A stretch of DNA of 20,000 nt, from the NCBI GenBank assembly GCA_030167865.1, contig JALAGF010006097.1:45665-65664 (forward strand), given 5' to 3'. A model generated the notes under the pieces. The model searched no databases. It saw only the letters and a list, made by a program, of their open reading frames with translations, and was not told where the DNA came from. The stretch's first letter is position 1, and each line of letters begins with the position of its first letter. Shown one piece after another: positions 18,691 through 20,000 of the stretch. The stretch comes from Craspedostauros australis. Lineage: Eukaryota. A program made the position numbers and the translations under genes.

Positions 18691-20000
18691 ATGATGTACA
18701 TCAAAGCAGTCATCATCAGCGCCGCCATCATCTCCAACTCGGCAATGGCCGAAGCTGGTCTCCGAGGAGACAAGCACGCGGAGAATCAGGCGAAGAAGTA
18801 CGCGGATACGGTCACAGATGGGACCACGGATGAGGCCACTGCCGAGGCCATGGACGCAAGCGACGAGATGCATCTCGCCTTGTGGGTCAACCGCATGCTC
18901 AAGGCCTCCGTTCTCAACAACGATGGTAACTTCGATGAAGGTGAAACCAAGTCCACGAAGATGAACAAGAACACCAACGCCAACGACAGAGGCGACGACG
19001 GCGATGGTTGCGATGGTTGCGGCGTTGTGGATGAATCCGCCCGTCCGACGCTCATACCTTCAACCTCCATTGCTCTCATCCCGACCTCTTCACCTACCGA
19101 CAAAGAGACTCCTCCAACAACTGCGTCGCCGTCTGGCACGCCCTCAACGCCCTCAACGCGCCCTGTCACCCAACCAACCTCTTCACCAACCTCCCAGCCA
19201 ACCCTCCTACCAACTGCCAAGCCATCAGCTCCCCCAGCCATCTTCGATTCCAACATCGAAGTCGTTTGCAAGCCGGATGGTGTGACCGTCCTCACACCAG
19301 AAGAGGCGACCGCCAAGACCATCATCTGCGATGCGAACAAGCCATCCTGCCGCGAGGCCATCACCGCCGTCAAGGAATCCGAGCAACTGCAAAACTTCTT
19401 TGGGTGCGCAGGAGACCTCGGCGAAGGAGCTGCACGCAAGCTATTCAACAAGTACGCATCGGACGACATGCTCGCTGGCCAATTGGTCCTGATCGCTGCT
19501 ACCAAGCCGCTCCTCGTCACCGAACGACCAGATGCAATGAAGGAGGCGTGCATGACCATCGGAATGGCCCGGCCACCTCTCGTCGCCACCCCATGCTGCC
19601 AAGGACCCTTGGGATGCACCTCAGTCACCGGTTCCGCCTCCAAATCCTCTCCATTCATGACCATCGCCATCACTGCCTGCACCGGCGACAGCGCATGCAA
19701 AGATATGGGCCCCAATCCCCTCATTCTCGATTCCTCCTGCACTGGCACAAGTGCATGCGAGTTGATGAATGAGAACGAGATCAATCCCTTCATCACGGGA
19801 ATCACCTTCGTCGGTGAGATGGCATGGACCACCCCTCAATCTTGTGAGGGAGTGGGACGCCGCTCCCATGGTGATGTCACCATCCAGACCGGCGCATGCA
19901 TCGGATCAGACGCATGCAACTCAGCCGGCCGCCGCGTTGTGCAGAAGGCACCATCATATCGCTTCCGCAGCCACATCGACATCGGGGCGAATGCGTGCGT
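18691..20000 (+). CDS. Secreted protein with a Pro/Thr/Ser-rich (mucin-like) segment and CxGxxAC repeats; 3'-partial
   Basis: Frame +1 was translated by hand and is stop-free from ATG 18691 to the window end (436 codons). Signal MMYIKAVIISAAIISNSAMA followed by GLRG, an RML motif, a PTSSPT/QPT-rich region (~19040-19240), then CCQGPLGC, ACTGDSAC, SCTGTSAC, SCEGVG, ACIGSDAC and IGANAC. Confidence 0.88.
   Translation, partial: MMYIKAVIISAAIISNSAMAEAGLRGDKHAENQAKKYADTVTDGTTDEATAEAMDASDEMHLALWVNRMLKASVLNNDGNFDEGETKSTKMNKNTNANDRGDDGDGCDGCGVVDESARPTLIPSTSIALIPTSSPTDKETPPTTASPSGTPSTPSTRPVTQPTSSPTSQPTLLPTAKPSAPPAIFDSNIEVVCKPDGVTVLTPEEATAKTIICDANKPSCREAITAVKESEQLQNFFGCAGDLGEGAARKLFNKYASDDMLAGQLVLIAATKPLLVTERPDAMKEACMTIGMARPPLVATPCCQGPLGCTSVTGSASKSSPFMTIAITACTGDSACKDMGPNPLILDSSCTGTSACELMNENEINPFITGITFVGEMAWTTPQSCEGVGRRSHGDVTIQTGACIGSDACNSAGRRVVQKAPSYRFRSHIDIGANAC

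Noticed and set aside
18786..19832. 348-aa minus-strand ORF, and similar antisense ORFs at 5651-6760, 9013-10032 and 2000-2863
   Set aside because: These are antisense shadows of real genes on the opposite strand and carry no motifs of their own.

Overview
Eukaryotic, very probably diatom (stramenopile), genomic DNA. This is inferred from a DUF6824 protein, RXL-motif secretory proteins, a bipartite plastid-targeting signal, a spliceosomal intron and microsatellite-rich intergenic DNA. In order, the window holds: an organellar GatB/PET112 gene (5'-truncated); a head-to-head pair of paralogous type-I membrane proteins sharing an unnamed ~150-165-aa four-Cys domain with an internal RxLQ motif, the larger having two exons and a 9-copy SPTPSxK tail; a type-II membrane protein with a PPC-like ectodomain; a probably plastid-targeted RRM protein; a decayed WWE-SH3-PARP(mono-ART) pseudogene spanning a 68-N gap; a 12-bp minisatellite upstream of a DUF6824 gene; and a secreted mucin-like/CxGxxAC-repeat protein that runs off the 3' end and is missing from the ORF track. 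The best candidate for an undescribed system is the RxLQ four-Cys-domain membrane protein pair. All family calls come from motif recognition by eye; no database searches were run.
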